Assembly (NCBI GenBank): GCA_902551735.1
Contig: CACDEK010000001.1
Coordinates: 1-49,418, forward strand
Reading direction: 5' to 3'
Source of the DNA: an uncultured Pelagibacteraceae bacterium
Lineage (GTDB): Bacteria > Pseudomonadota > Alphaproteobacteria > Pelagibacterales > Pelagibacteraceae
DNA length: 49,418 bases
Shown here: positions 1-9,812 of the stretch, piece by piece
Position numbering within the stretch: the stretch's first letter is position 1
Layout: the number at the start of each line of letters is the position of its first letter
The notes under the pieces: model-generated
Database searches by the model: none
What the model saw: the letters and a program-made list of their open reading frames with translations, nothing else
What the model was told of the DNA's origin: nothing
Made by a program: the position numbers and the translations under genes

Positions 1-261
1 ATGTTTTTGAGAAGGTTTGCCTATTAAATTTGATAAAAAAATTACTAGGATGGACCCAGCCAAAGTTCCAAAAAAAACACTAGATACATTCATTTCATAG
101 ATTAAATAAAGTGATGCTATCAATGAAAAACCAATAATACTTTGGACTAGATTTCCCCAAAAACAAAAAAGATTCTTCCAATCCCAGGTTTTATCTCTAG
201 GATTCACGGAAACCAATTCCCAGTTCATAAGCTTGATATTGTTTTTTTCTTGAATCACCAT
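1..261 (-). CDS. NCS1-family (cytosine/purine/allantoin/thiamine-type) permease, N-terminal part; runs off the window start
   Basis: Not in the ORF track. Manual translation from ATG at 261: MVIQEKNNIKLMNWELVSVNPRDKTWDWKNLFCFWGNLVQSIIGFSLIASLYLIYEMNVSSVFFGTLAGSILVIFLSNLIGKPSQKH. The pattern of N-terminal 'W-x-W-x-N-x-F-x-F-W', two TM helices and 'G-x-P-x-x-K-H' is NCS1-like. Confidence 0.75.
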   Translation of the reverse strand, partial: MVIQEKNNIKLMNWELVSVNPRDKTWDWKNLFCFWGNLVQSIIGFSLIASLYLIYEMNVSSVFFGTLAGSILVIFLSNLIGKPSQKH

Positions 262-339
262 TTTATATTAAACTAATAATATCAGCTGTCCATATATGGC
301 TTCAGCAGTTTTTTAATATAATATATAATCATTTAAATA

Positions 340-1944
340 ATGGAAAATTTTGATTACGTAATTATAGGTGCTGGTTCAGCTGGCTGTGTTTTAGCAAATA
401 GACTAACTAATAAAACTAATATTAAAGTTTTATTATTAGAAGCTGGTGGAAAAGATACAAACCCCTGGATCCATATTCCTGGAGGGTACTTTAAAACTAT
501 GCATAATCCAAAAACAGATTGGTGTTTCAAAACTGAAAAAGATAAAGCATTAAATAATAGAGAAATGAATTACCCTAGAGGTAAAACTTTAGGTGGAAGC
601 TCTTCTATTAATGGAATGTTATATATTAGAGGCCAGGCAAATGATTATAATTATTGGAGACAATTAGGAAATGTTGGTTGGTCATGGGATGATGTTTTAC
701 CTTATTTTAAAAAGGCGGAGGATAACCAAGAAGGTGAAAATGATTTTCATGGTGTAGGTGGTCCTCTTAAAGTTGAAAAAATAAGAGCTACTTTTAAAGT
801 TTTAGATTTATTTTTAGAAGCGGCAGAAGAATTTGGTTACAAAAAAACTTCAGACTTTAACTCTGGCAACAATGAAGGTATGGGGTATTTTCCTGTAACT
901 GTAAAAAATGGTTTTAGATGTAGTACTGCAGTGGGATATTTAAATCCTATTAAAAAAAGAAAAAACTTAAAAATTTTAACTAATGCACATATAAAAAATA
1001 TAGAATTTAAAAATAATAAAGCTTTCAAGGTAAATTATTGGAAAGACAATAAAATATTTTCAGCTTACGCTAACAAAGAAATAATATTGAGTGCTGGCTC
1101 AATAGGATCTCCTCATATACTTCAAGCTTCTGGCGTAGGTCCCGCATCATTGCTTAAAAAAAATAATATAACTATTATAAAAGATCATCCTGGAGTAGGT
1201 AAAAACCTTACTGACCATTTAATGTTAAGACCAGTTTACAAAATTAAAAATTTAGAAACCTTAAATAGTATATATAACAGTTATTATAAAAAATTTTTAA
1301 CTGGCTTAAATTTTTTTCTTTTTAGAAAAGGACCACTAACTATTGGTGCTAGCTATGTATGTGGTTTCATTAAAAGTGATACATACTTAGAAACTCCAAA
1401 TTTACAATTTCATGTTTCTCCAGCAAGTACTGATTATTTAGGAAAATCGTCTCTTCACAAATTTCCTGCTTTTACTCCAACTATTGCAAATGTAAGACCA
1501 ACCAGCAGAGGTTCAATTGAATTAAAATCACCCGATACAAGAGTTCCTCCAAAAATTTTTACTAATTATTTATCCACTGAAGAAGATATTGAGATTGCAG
1601 GCAAATCAATGAAGATTGTGAGAAACATTATAATGAATTCTAAAACTTATAAACCTTATGAACCAGAAGAATTAAGACCTGGTATTCATATTAACGATAA
1701 TCACGCTCTTGCAAATGAAGCTGGAAAATATGCTAATACAATTTTTCATCCTGTAAGCACATGTAAAATGGGTAATGATAAAAATTCCGTAGTAAATAAT
1801 AGATTAATTGCACATGGGCTTGAGAATTTACGAATTGTTGATGCTTCAATTATGCCTCATATTACTTCAGGAAATACAAACGCTCCAACGATTATGATTG
1901 CTGAAAAAGCAGCTGACATGATAATAGAAGATAGTAAATTATGA
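340..1944 (+). CDS. GMC oxidoreductase (choline dehydrogenase-like; substrate uncertain)
   Basis: GAGSAG FAD motif, GKTLGGSSSINGM GMC signature, catalytic His (IFHPVSTCKMG) and Asn (SGNTNAPTIMIAEK). Confidence 0.9.
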   Translation: MENFDYVIIGAGSAGCVLANRLTNKTNIKVLLLEAGGKDTNPWIHIPGGYFKTMHNPKTDWCFKTEKDKALNNREMNYPRGKTLGGSSSINGMLYIRGQANDYNYWRQLGNVGWSWDDVLPYFKKAEDNQEGENDFHGVGGPLKVEKIRATFKVLDLFLEAAEEFGYKKTSDFNSGNNEGMGYFPVTVKNGFRCSTAVGYLNPIKKRKNLKILTNAHIKNIEFKNNKAFKVNYWKDNKIFSAYANKEIILSAGSIGSPHILQASGVGPASLLKKNNITIIKDHPGVGKNLTDHLMLRPVYKIKNLETLNSIYNSYYKKFLTGLNFFLFRKGPLTIGASYVCGFIKSDTYLETPNLQFHVSPASTDYLGKSSLHKFPAFTPTIANVRPTSRGSIELKSPDTRVPPKIFTNYLSTEEDIEIAGKSMKIVRNIIMNSKTYKPYEPEELRPGIHINDNHALANEAGKYANTIFHPVSTCKMGNDKNSVVNNRLIAHGLENLRIVDASIMPHITSGNTNAPTIMIAEKAADMIIEDSKL

Positions 1945-2516
1945 CAGAACAAATAGTAATTTTTTTTCAAATTGTTTTAATAGATTTAGTTTTAGCTGGT
2001 GACAATGCAATTATTATAGGAATGGTTGCTTCTCAGTTTCCACCTGACCAAAGAAAAAAACTTATTTTTTTTGGTATAGGGGCAGCTATTGTTTTAAGAA
2101 TTATTTTTACTTTAATAACTGCTTACTTGCTACAAATTACAGGTATAAGATTGGTAGGTGGTATATTATTGCTTTATGTATGCTACAAACTATACACAGA
2201 TGTAGTTAAAAATAATTCTAATGAAAAAAAAGATTTAAATGTTGATAACTCTAATTTTTTAAAAGCAATTACAACTATTGTAATAGCAGATGTAACTATG
2301 AGCATAGATAATGTATTAGGAGTAGCAGGAGCAGCTCGTGATCACTATTTTTTGCTAATTTTTGGATTAATTCTTTCAATAGTTTTGATGGCAACTGCAG
2401 CAACATTAATATCTAAATGGATAAAAGAATATAAATGGATAGCTTGGGTTGGTTTATTGGCCATATTAACTGTTGCTGTTGATTTAATTTATACTGACAT
2501 AAAATTGTTTATATAA
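1941..2516 (+). CDS. TerC/YjbE-family integral membrane protein
   Basis: DLVLAGDNAIII and ADVTMSIDNVLGVAGAA motifs; multiple TM helices; ATGA overlap with the upstream gene. Confidence 0.9.
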   Translation: MTEQIVIFFQIVLIDLVLAGDNAIIIGMVASQFPPDQRKKLIFFGIGAAIVLRIIFTLITAYLLQITGIRLVGGILLLYVCYKLYTDVVKNNSNEKKDLNVDNSNFLKAITTIVIADVTMSIDNVLGVAGAARDHYFLLIFGLILSIVLMATAATLISKWIKEYKWIAWVGLLAILTVAVDLIYTDIKLFI

Positions 2517-2517
2517 A

Positions 2518-3321
2518 ATGTACGTAAAAGTAATTAAATATTTTATCATAATATTTTTAATTTGTTTTGAAACTTCTGCCATTGAGTTTAACGGAAAATT
2601 TATTCAAGGTCATTTTATAATGGGTAAAACTGATCCAAATGCAAAAATTTTAATTGGTAAAAAAGGAATTAGAGTTTCAAAAGATGGTTACTTCGTTTTT
2701 GGTATAGATAGAGATCAAAAGTTTGATATTTTAATAACTAAAATTTTAAATGGAGATAAAGAAAAAATAATAAAAAAAGTATTTAAAAGAAAATATAAAA
2801 TTCAAAGAATTGATGGTCTTGAACAAAGCAAGGTTACGCCACCAGAAGAAGTTTACAAAAGAATAAAAGAAGAAAACAATAAAATAGGAGAAGCAAGAGC
2901 AATTAATTCTGATTTAATTTTTTTTAAGGATAAGTTCATTATGCCTGTAAAAGGTATTATTACTGGAGTGTACGGTAGTCAGAGAATTTTAAATGGAAAA
3001 CCTAGATGGCCGCATTATGGTATAGATATTGCTGCGGATCAAGGCTCAACTATTAAATCATCTGGGAGTGGTGTGGTTACAATGGCTGAAGATGACCTCT
3101 ATTATACTGGTGGAACCATAATCATGGATCATGGCCATGGTATATCAACAATTTATTCTCATCTTGAAAGTGTTTTAGTATCTGTTGGTGATAAAATAAA
3201 TCAAGGAGATCTCATAGGCACTGTAGGATCTACTGGTAGATCCACAGGACCACATTTAGACTTCCGAATTAATTGGTTTCAAACAAGATTAGACCCGATG
3301 TCGGTATTAAAAATTAATTAA
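2518..3321 (+). CDS. M23-family metallopeptidase
   Basis: HYGIDIAA (HxxxD) and STGPHLDF motifs; N-terminal signal/anchor. Confidence 0.9.
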   Translation: MYVKVIKYFIIIFLICFETSAIEFNGKFIQGHFIMGKTDPNAKILIGKKGIRVSKDGYFVFGIDRDQKFDILITKILNGDKEKIIKKVFKRKYKIQRIDGLEQSKVTPPEEVYKRIKEENNKIGEARAINSDLIFFKDKFIMPVKGIITGVYGSQRILNGKPRWPHYGIDIAADQGSTIKSSGSGVVTMAEDDLYYTGGTIIMDHGHGISTIYSHLESVLVSVGDKINQGDLIGTVGSTGRSTGPHLDFRINWFQTRLDPMSVLKIN

Positions 3322-4702
3322 AAAATTCATTTTTAATATTACGATAATTGAATTTATTTTTTATTAATAAAATGAAAAATATAATGTGTAAAAAGTGTCC
3401 AGCATGTCTCATTCTTTCTTGTTCAAAACCAGCACCGAAATGAATTGCAAAAATTAACCAAAGATAAATTAAAAAAATTCCAGAAAAAGCTTTTTGATAT
3501 TTTTTATTATTATCATTAATGTTAAATAAGTTTTTTATTAACAAAACTCCAAAAAAAACATAAATAAATAAATAGTATAATTGTAAAGTTCGGACTTTTA
3601 ATTGATTAGTAATATTATTTTTTTTAAGCTCTGCAAAAAAATCAAAATATTTATGCCAATTTATTGGTTCCCAGCCAACATGATCAAAGGCAAAATGTCC
3701 ATGAGTAGAAATAAAATTAAATTTAACTGTTTGCAAAAATTTTATTGGCTCTTGATAAATTAAATTTAAGCTAATTTTTAAACATTCTTTTGTTCTATAA
3801 ATAAATCCCACATTATTAAATCTACTATACTCTCCAATTAAAGAAGGATGAGATATATTTAAATTTGGGTTATTGTTTACAAATTTTATTTCAGAGTCTT
3901 TGATATCTATTATATCAAAAGTACATAAATTGTGGTTTTGATGATACGCATGCATTACCTGCATTAATTGCAAACCAATCCATGAAGAATTTGCAAATAA
4001 ATTAAATTCTATTTTATTTTTAATTGATAATGACATGCTCAGAAAGAAAAATATAATGAAGACTATAAAACTTCTAAGTAAATTTTTTTTATATTTTATT
4101 AAAAAAATTCCTAAAAAGATCACTAACATAAATAGTGGATTGCTAAAGGCACTCCATGTAAAAACTAAAAATAATGCAGATAAATAAATAATAATTTCAA
4201 ATTTTAAACTTTGTTCTTTTGAAAATTTTAAATAAAAAAAAGATATTTGTGCAAATATTAAAACTATTAAGTGCATATAGTGTAAGTAAGCCTCGTAAAA
4301 TAAGAAAGATAATGAAAATATAATAAATATTAAGAAAGTTATATAAATTATATTTTTTTTTAAATTAAAAAGATTACAGATTAAATAAAAATAAAAAATT
4401 ATAATTATCGAAATGAAATAATTAAAATAATATATAATTTTACCTAGTTTAGAATAATCTGTTCCAAAAAATTTTACAAATATTCCATATATTAAATTCC
4501 AAATCGGTGGTTGAAAATGAAGATGGTAAAGTGTACCAAATAAATCCTTTTTCAAAAGTTCTGGGGGCATAAGTTGCCATCTATATATTAAATCTGCAGC
4601 TATAGGCTCAATTCCCAAAAAGGATATTATTATTCTTGAAATAATATAAATTCCTAAAAGTTGCCAATATATATTTATATTTTTTTTAGAAATATCATTC
4701 AT
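3314..4702 (-). CDS. Polytopic membrane protein, possibly GT-C (ArnT/PMT-like) fold
   Basis: 462 aa, about 10-12 hydrophobic segments, LHFQPPIWN motif after TM1, large central soluble loop; very AT-rich. Confidence 0.6.
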   Translation of the reverse strand: MNDISKKNINIYWQLLGIYIISRIIISFLGIEPIAADLIYRWQLMPPELLKKDLFGTLYHLHFQPPIWNLIYGIFVKFFGTDYSKLGKIIYYFNYFISIIIIFYFYLICNLFNLKKNIIYITFLIFIIFSLSFLFYEAYLHYMHLIVLIFAQISFFYLKFSKEQSLKFEIIIYLSALFLVFTWSAFSNPLFMLVIFLGIFLIKYKKNLLRSFIVFIIFFFLSMSLSIKNKIEFNLFANSSWIGLQLMQVMHAYHQNHNLCTFDIIDIKDSEIKFVNNNPNLNISHPSLIGEYSRFNNVGFIYRTKECLKISLNLIYQEPIKFLQTVKFNFISTHGHFAFDHVGWEPINWHKYFDFFAELKKNNITNQLKVRTLQLYYLFIYVFFGVLLIKNLFNINDNNKKYQKAFSGIFLIYLWLIFAIHFGAGFEQERMRHAGHFLHIIFFILLIKNKFNYRNIKNEFFN

Positions 4703-4750
4703 TAAATTCTACTTATAAATTTATCTATTTTAAAACACAGTGCAAAAAAG

Positions 4751-4948
4751 CTAATCTTTTTTTCTTATTTCATCCTCGCAAAACTTTTTTGCCACATTAA
4801 TATCAAATGACTCTGAGGTTTGTTTTTGCGCAACAAGACATGCCTGGATAGATTTTGTTAAATTATATTCGCCTGCAGATGTTCTAAATAAATATAAAAT
4901 AATAATCCCAAATATTATTATTCCAATCATTTTAATATTTTTATTCAT
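4751..4948 (-). CDS. Small hypothetical protein (N-terminal TM helix, two Cys)
   Basis: 65-aa ORF filling the gap, co-directional with its neighbours and 9 nt after the upstream stop. Confidence 0.7.
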   Translation of the reverse strand: MNKNIKMIGIIIFGIIILYLFRTSAGEYNLTKSIQACLVAQKQTSESFDINVAKKFCEDEIRKKD

Positions 4949-4957
4949 ATTTTTTAA

Positions 4958-6262
4958 TTATATTTCGCTACTAGCTATAATTCTTTCATAAAACAATCTC
5001 GCGGAGATTCCAATGTTTAAAAAAGGTTGAGGTGGTAGCCAGTTAGGTTTTTTTCTTTCTTCAATTATAGATATTTTGTCAGAATCTTGATTTGACGCCA
5101 TCAGAGCAATTTGTTCTCCAAATAAAGTTCCTACTCCAATACCTGAACCATTATAACAACCTGCTACAAAAATATTATTTTCTAATTTTTCAAAAATCTG
5201 CGAACCATTTCCACTTCTACAAACTACACCCGACCAACTCGATTCTATTAGATTTTTTGGAAGCTCAGGGAACCTTTTTTTTATTCCTACTTCGTGTAAT
5301 TTTATGTTCTTTTGTAAATTAAACTTGTTCATAAAATTTGGGTTATTTAGTTCAGCAGTATTTCTGATTAAAATTCTTTTATTAGCAGTCATCCTTATTG
5401 TTGCTCCCATTGGTCTTACTGGTAAAACACCCCATTCTTTTGGTTTGCCAATGCTCTCAAACTCATTACCACTTAATGGCCTGGTCATACTTGCAGTAAG
5501 AGTAATTGGAAAAGAATATCTTGGTTTAATTTTTTGAGAACTTAAAAATCCATTAGTACAGAAAATAATTTTATCTGCTTGTATAGTGCTATTTTTTAAA
5601 ACACATTCAATTTTATCATTTGATTTTTTCCAATTTATTAAAGGTGAATTTTCATAAAGATCTACATTAAATGGTAAAGTTTCCACCATAGATCTTGCAA
5701 GTTTAGCTGGATGCAATAAAATTCCTCCTTTTGTAAAAATTCCAATTTTATAAAAATTTGTTCCAAGCTTATTTTTTAAATCTTTATTATATAAAATTTT
5801 ATTATCAAAATTTAATGATGAAAGAATATTGCTAAAAAATTTTATTTTTTTTTCATCTTCTAATCTAGATGAAGCAAAATATTTTCCACACTCATTCCAC
5901 TCACACTCAACTTGATGATCATTAATATATTTTTTTACTGCTTTAATTCCTTCTTCGTAAATTTTTACTTTTTTTTTATAACTATTAATTTCTTTATTTG
6001 ATGTAAAACCATCATTTAATGTTGTATCAACCAAATAACCAGAATTTCTACTACTAGCTCCTTCACCTGCTAATTGTGCATCAATAATTATGATTTTTTT
6101 ATCTTTGTTTAATAATCCAAGTGATCTAGCAGCTGATAAACCTGTAAAACCAGCTCCAACAACTAAAAAATTACATTTTTTTTTATTATTTATAATATTA
6201 ATATTTGATCTTGGTCTTAGATCTTTTATCCATCCACAATGTTGGTCATTAATCACTGACAT
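4958..6262 (-). CDS. FAD-dependent oxidoreductase, DAO/PuuB(OrdL)/TauY-like
   Basis: VVGAGFTGLSAA, GASSRNSG, LLHPAKL and GCYNGSGIGVGTLFG motifs. Confidence 0.85.
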   Translation of the reverse strand: MSVINDQHCGWIKDLRPRSNINIINNKKKCNFLVVGAGFTGLSAARSLGLLNKDKKIIIIDAQLAGEGASSRNSGYLVDTTLNDGFTSNKEINSYKKKVKIYEEGIKAVKKYINDHQVECEWNECGKYFASSRLEDEKKIKFFSNILSSLNFDNKILYNKDLKNKLGTNFYKIGIFTKGGILLHPAKLARSMVETLPFNVDLYENSPLINWKKSNDKIECVLKNSTIQADKIIFCTNGFLSSQKIKPRYSFPITLTASMTRPLSGNEFESIGKPKEWGVLPVRPMGATIRMTANKRILIRNTAELNNPNFMNKFNLQKNIKLHEVGIKKRFPELPKNLIESSWSGVVCRSGNGSQIFEKLENNIFVAGCYNGSGIGVGTLFGEQIALMASNQDSDKISIIEERKKPNWLPPQPFLNIGISARLFYERIIASSEI

Positions 6263-6312
6263 TAATTTTTATTATAACATAGTTAGAAAAATAAAATAAT
6301 TTAATGATTAAA

Positions 6313-8091
6313 TTAACGAGGATTTTGAGGTTTCATGTCCGACTTATTTATACCTGCTACTTTAACAGGTTTTTTCATGGCATCTCTTCTAAAAGGTTCT
6401 CCTAATTCCTGATTTAAAATTACTTCTATAAAAGTTGTAATCCCCTTTTGCTGATCTTCACAAGATTGTTTTATAGCGTTAGTTGTTTCTTCCATTGTTT
6501 TAACAGTAACACCTTTTAAGCCACATGAATTAGCAACTTTTGCATAACTTAAATCTGGATCAAGCTCAGTACCTACAAAATTATCAGCGTACCATAAAAT
6601 TGAGTTTCTTTTTTCTGCTCCCCATTGATAATTTCTAAAAATTACCATGGTTATTTTTGGCCATTCTTTTCTAGCACATGAGCTCATTTCATTCATACTA
6701 ATTCCAAAAGCTCCGTCACCAGCAAATCCAATTACTGGTATATCTGGGCAACCAATTTTAGCACCTAAAATAGATGGAAAACCATAACCGCATGGACCAA
6801 ATAATCCAGGAGCAAGATATTTTCTTCCTTTTTCAAAAGTTGGATAAGCATTTCCAATTGCACAATTATTTCCTATATCGCTTGAAATAATTACATCTTG
6901 AGGCATACCCACCTGTATTGCTCTCCAAGCTTGTCTTGGAGACATACGATCGTTATCTCTTTCTCTAGCCTCTTTATTCCAAACTGTTCCAGGGTCATCT
7001 TCTTCATGATCTAAACTTGTTAACTTTTGCAACCACGCTGATTTTGTTTTATGTATTAAATCTTTTCTTTTTTGTCTGTCAGCATCTCCAGCCTTAGAAG
7101 TAAGATTTTTTAGTATTTGCTTAGACACTAATTTAGCATCACCACATATTCCTACGGTAACTTTCTTAGTGAGACCTATTCGATCTGAATTAATATCTAC
7201 TTGAATAACGCTTGCATTTTTTGGCCAATAATCAATTCCATAACATGGTAATGTTGAAAAAGGATTCAATCTTGTTCCTAAAGCCAAAATTACATCTGCT
7301 TTTGAAATTATTTCCATTGCAGCCTTAGATCCATTGTATCCAAGAGGTCCAACAGCTAAAGGGTGGCTTCCTGGAAAACTATCATTGTGCTGATAACCAG
7401 AACAAACTGGTGCATCTAATTTTTCTGCAAGTTTTTTACAATCTTCAATAGCTCCACCTATGACAACTCCTGCTCCAGACAAAATTACAGGAAATTTTGC
7501 TTCAGATAATAATTTTGATGCTTTTGAAATAGAATCTGATCCTCCAGTTTGTCTTTCAAGTTTTACAATTGGTGGTAAATCTATATCTACAACATGAGTC
7601 CAATAGTCTCTAGGTATATTTATTTGAGCGGGCGCAGATCCTCTCCAAGCTTTTTCAATAACTCTATTAAGAACCTCTGCCATTCTCGAAGGATCTCTTA
7701 CCTCTTCTTGGTAACAAACCATATCTTTAAATAAATTCATTTGTTCAACTTCTTGAAAGCCTCCTTGGCCTATAGTTTTATTTGCAGCTTGTGGAGTTAC
7801 TAAAAGTAGCGGTGTATGGTTCCAATATGCAGTTTTTATAGGTGTAACTAATCCTGTTATACCAGGGCCATTCTGAGCAATAACCATAGACATTTTTCCA
7901 GTTGCTCTTGTATAACCATCAGCAATTAAACCACCATTTGTCTCATGGGCAACATCCCAAAAAGTTATCCCAGCAGCAGGAAATAAATCTGATATTGGCA
8001 TAAATGCAGAACCAATTATCCCAAATGCATTTTCAATACCGTGATTTTGAAGAACTTTTACAAATGCTTCTTCGGTTGTCATTTTAGCCAT
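6313..8091 (-). CDS. xsc: Sulfoacetaldehyde acetyltransferase (ThDP-dependent)
   Basis: MTTEEAFVKVL...AFGIIGSAFMPISDLFP N-terminus, GDGAFG...FRNYQWGAEKRN ThDP motif and ELGEPFRRDAM C-terminus are all typical of Xsc. Confidence 0.95.
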   Translation of the reverse strand: MAKMTTEEAFVKVLQNHGIENAFGIIGSAFMPISDLFPAAGITFWDVAHETNGGLIADGYTRATGKMSMVIAQNGPGITGLVTPIKTAYWNHTPLLLVTPQAANKTIGQGGFQEVEQMNLFKDMVCYQEEVRDPSRMAEVLNRVIEKAWRGSAPAQINIPRDYWTHVVDIDLPPIVKLERQTGGSDSISKASKLLSEAKFPVILSGAGVVIGGAIEDCKKLAEKLDAPVCSGYQHNDSFPGSHPLAVGPLGYNGSKAAMEIISKADVILALGTRLNPFSTLPCYGIDYWPKNASVIQVDINSDRIGLTKKVTVGICGDAKLVSKQILKNLTSKAGDADRQKRKDLIHKTKSAWLQKLTSLDHEEDDPGTVWNKEARERDNDRMSPRQAWRAIQVGMPQDVIISSDIGNNCAIGNAYPTFEKGRKYLAPGLFGPCGYGFPSILGAKIGCPDIPVIGFAGDGAFGISMNEMSSCARKEWPKITMVIFRNYQWGAEKRNSILWYADNFVGTELDPDLSYAKVANSCGLKGVTVKTMEETTNAIKQSCEDQQKGITTFIEVILNQELGEPFRRDAMKKPVKVAGINKSDMKPQNPR

Positions 8092-8123
8092 AATCTTTTT
8101 CCTTTTAAATAATTTTATATGTT

Positions 8124-8444
8124 TTATTTTGTAGCTGCAATCGAAACATAATATGAAACAGCTTCAATTTCATCTGCTGTAAGTTGCCCTTCATAGGCAG
8201 GCATTACACCTATACCATTTGTTACAGTGGTTATTACTCTCATCATATCCGGTCTTATTTCATTTAAATTTGGTCCTATTTGAGCATTTGAACCTGCGTC
8301 AGCTAGGGTGTGACAACTAGAACATACAGCTTTATTTAAAAACACATCTTTACCTAAATCAAATATAGGGTCTGATTTTGAAGGTAATATTAATATATTG
8401 GTAATAAAAAAAATTTTTAAAAAAAAAAATATATAATTTTTCAT
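8124..8444 (-). CDS. Monoheme c-type cytochrome (SorU/cytochrome c6-like)
   Basis: Signal peptide, CSSCH heme motif, IGPNL, and GIGVMPAY axial Met. Confidence 0.9.
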   Translation of the reverse strand: MKNYIFFFLKIFFITNILILPSKSDPIFDLGKDVFLNKAVCSSCHTLADAGSNAQIGPNLNEIRPDMMRVITTVTNGIGVMPAYEGQLTADEIEAVSYYVSIAATK

Positions 8445-9526
8445 TTAGTTATATTTGTCACGTATTTTTTTCTTAAGTTTGAAAAAAATCTTCTAATAAA
8501 AGCACCCGCAACACCTAAAACAATTGCAAATATGATAGAAATTATTCCATATTGTATAGGAAAGTCCATTGAAAGATTTTTGATAAATTTTGAAAATGTT
8601 CCTAAATTTTTTGAACCATTAAATGCAGTTTCTTTAATTACTTGCTCAGCAAAAAATGTATCATATGCAATAGCTATGCCTACTGCTAATAATAAAATTG
8701 CCAAAAGAGCTTTAAGTTGAGAACTATCAATACGTTCTCCTAATTTTTGACCAATTTGAACTCCAAGAATAGAACCTAAAATCAACATAGAAACTAAAAT
8801 TAAATCGATAGATCCGTAATTAAATGCATGTAGAATAGTTACTGTTGCGCTAACAAAAATAGTAACAAATAAAGATGTTCCTGGAACTAATTTAGTAGGC
8901 ATTCCAATAATATAAATCATTGCAGGAACTAATATAAAAGCACCACCAATTCCCATAATGGCTGCTATAAAACCAACAATTAAACCTATTGTAATTGGAG
9001 TAAATGCGCTTTCATATAATTTTGATTTTTTAAATCTCATTCTTAATGGAAGGCCATGTATCCAATAATGGTAATGAAGTTTTTTTTTTAAAACAATTTT
9101 TTTTCTTGCTCTATCAATTTCAGAAAGTCCCTCAACCAACATCAAGGTTCCAATAATTGCTAAAATATACATATATGATAATGAGATAACTACGTTAATT
9201 TTTCCGATTTCTTTAAAATAGGTGAAAGTAATAATGCCAAGTATAGTTCCAACAACGCCTCCTATTACGATCATTATTCCCATTTTGTAATCTAATGTAT
9301 CTTTTAACCAATGAGTGGTTGAACCAGAAACTGAGGTAGCTAATATATTGTTTGCCTCATTAGCTACTGCATAAGAAGGTGGTATACCAAGAAAAATTAA
9401 AAATGGTGTCATTAAAAAACCACCTCCTACACCAAATAATCCTGATAAAATTCCAACTATTGTGCTAAGAGAAAAAATTACAATTAAATTTACTGAAACT
9501 TCTGCAATTGGGAGAAAAACTTCCAT
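8441..9526 (-). CDS. TauE/SafE-family sulfite/sulfonate exporter (TSUP)
   Basis: Duplicated GLFGVGGGFLMTP / AIMGIGGAFILVP motifs; multi-TM. Confidence 0.88.
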   Translation of the reverse strand: MEVFLPIAEVSVNLIVIFSLSTIVGILSGLFGVGGGFLMTPFLIFLGIPPSYAVANEANNILATSVSGSTTHWLKDTLDYKMGIMIVIGGVVGTILGIITFTYFKEIGKINVVISLSYMYILAIIGTLMLVEGLSEIDRARKKIVLKKKLHYHYWIHGLPLRMRFKKSKLYESAFTPITIGLIVGFIAAIMGIGGAFILVPAMIYIIGMPTKLVPGTSLFVTIFVSATVTILHAFNYGSIDLILVSMLILGSILGVQIGQKLGERIDSSQLKALLAILLLAVGIAIAYDTFFAEQVIKETAFNGSKNLGTFSKFIKNLSMDFPIQYGIISIIFAIVLGVAGAFIRRFFSNLRKKYVTNITK

Positions 9527-9607
9527 TTAACTAGTAAGTATTCCTCTAATTTATTCTTGTCAATGGATAGATTTTATTAAACTTTGGATTTTATTAGATT
9601 TTCTTTG

Positions 9608-9754
9608 TTAAAGATTTATATATGTTCCAAAAATTATTATAGCCCAATAAATAGCTAGACCTAAAAAGATTAAGTATTTTGTTGGGGAAAGTGCTGATTG
9701 CAACGGAATTTTTTTTAATATTTTTTTGTAATTTTCATTGAATAATTTCAGCAT
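9608..9754 (-). CDS. 48-aa single-TM small protein (not in the ORF track)
   Basis: MLKLFNENYKKILKKIPLQSALSPTKYLIFLGLAIYWAIIIFGTYINL; GGAGG 3 nt upstream of the ATG; fills an otherwise empty gap of about 285 nt. Confidence 0.65.
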   Translation of the reverse strand: MLKLFNENYKKILKKIPLQSALSPTKYLIFLGLAIYWAIIIFGTYINL

Positions 9755-9812
9755 AGACCTCCAGGTACCACAAGTTAATACTTTTGCAAGCCTTATTTAC
9801 AATCTATAATTT

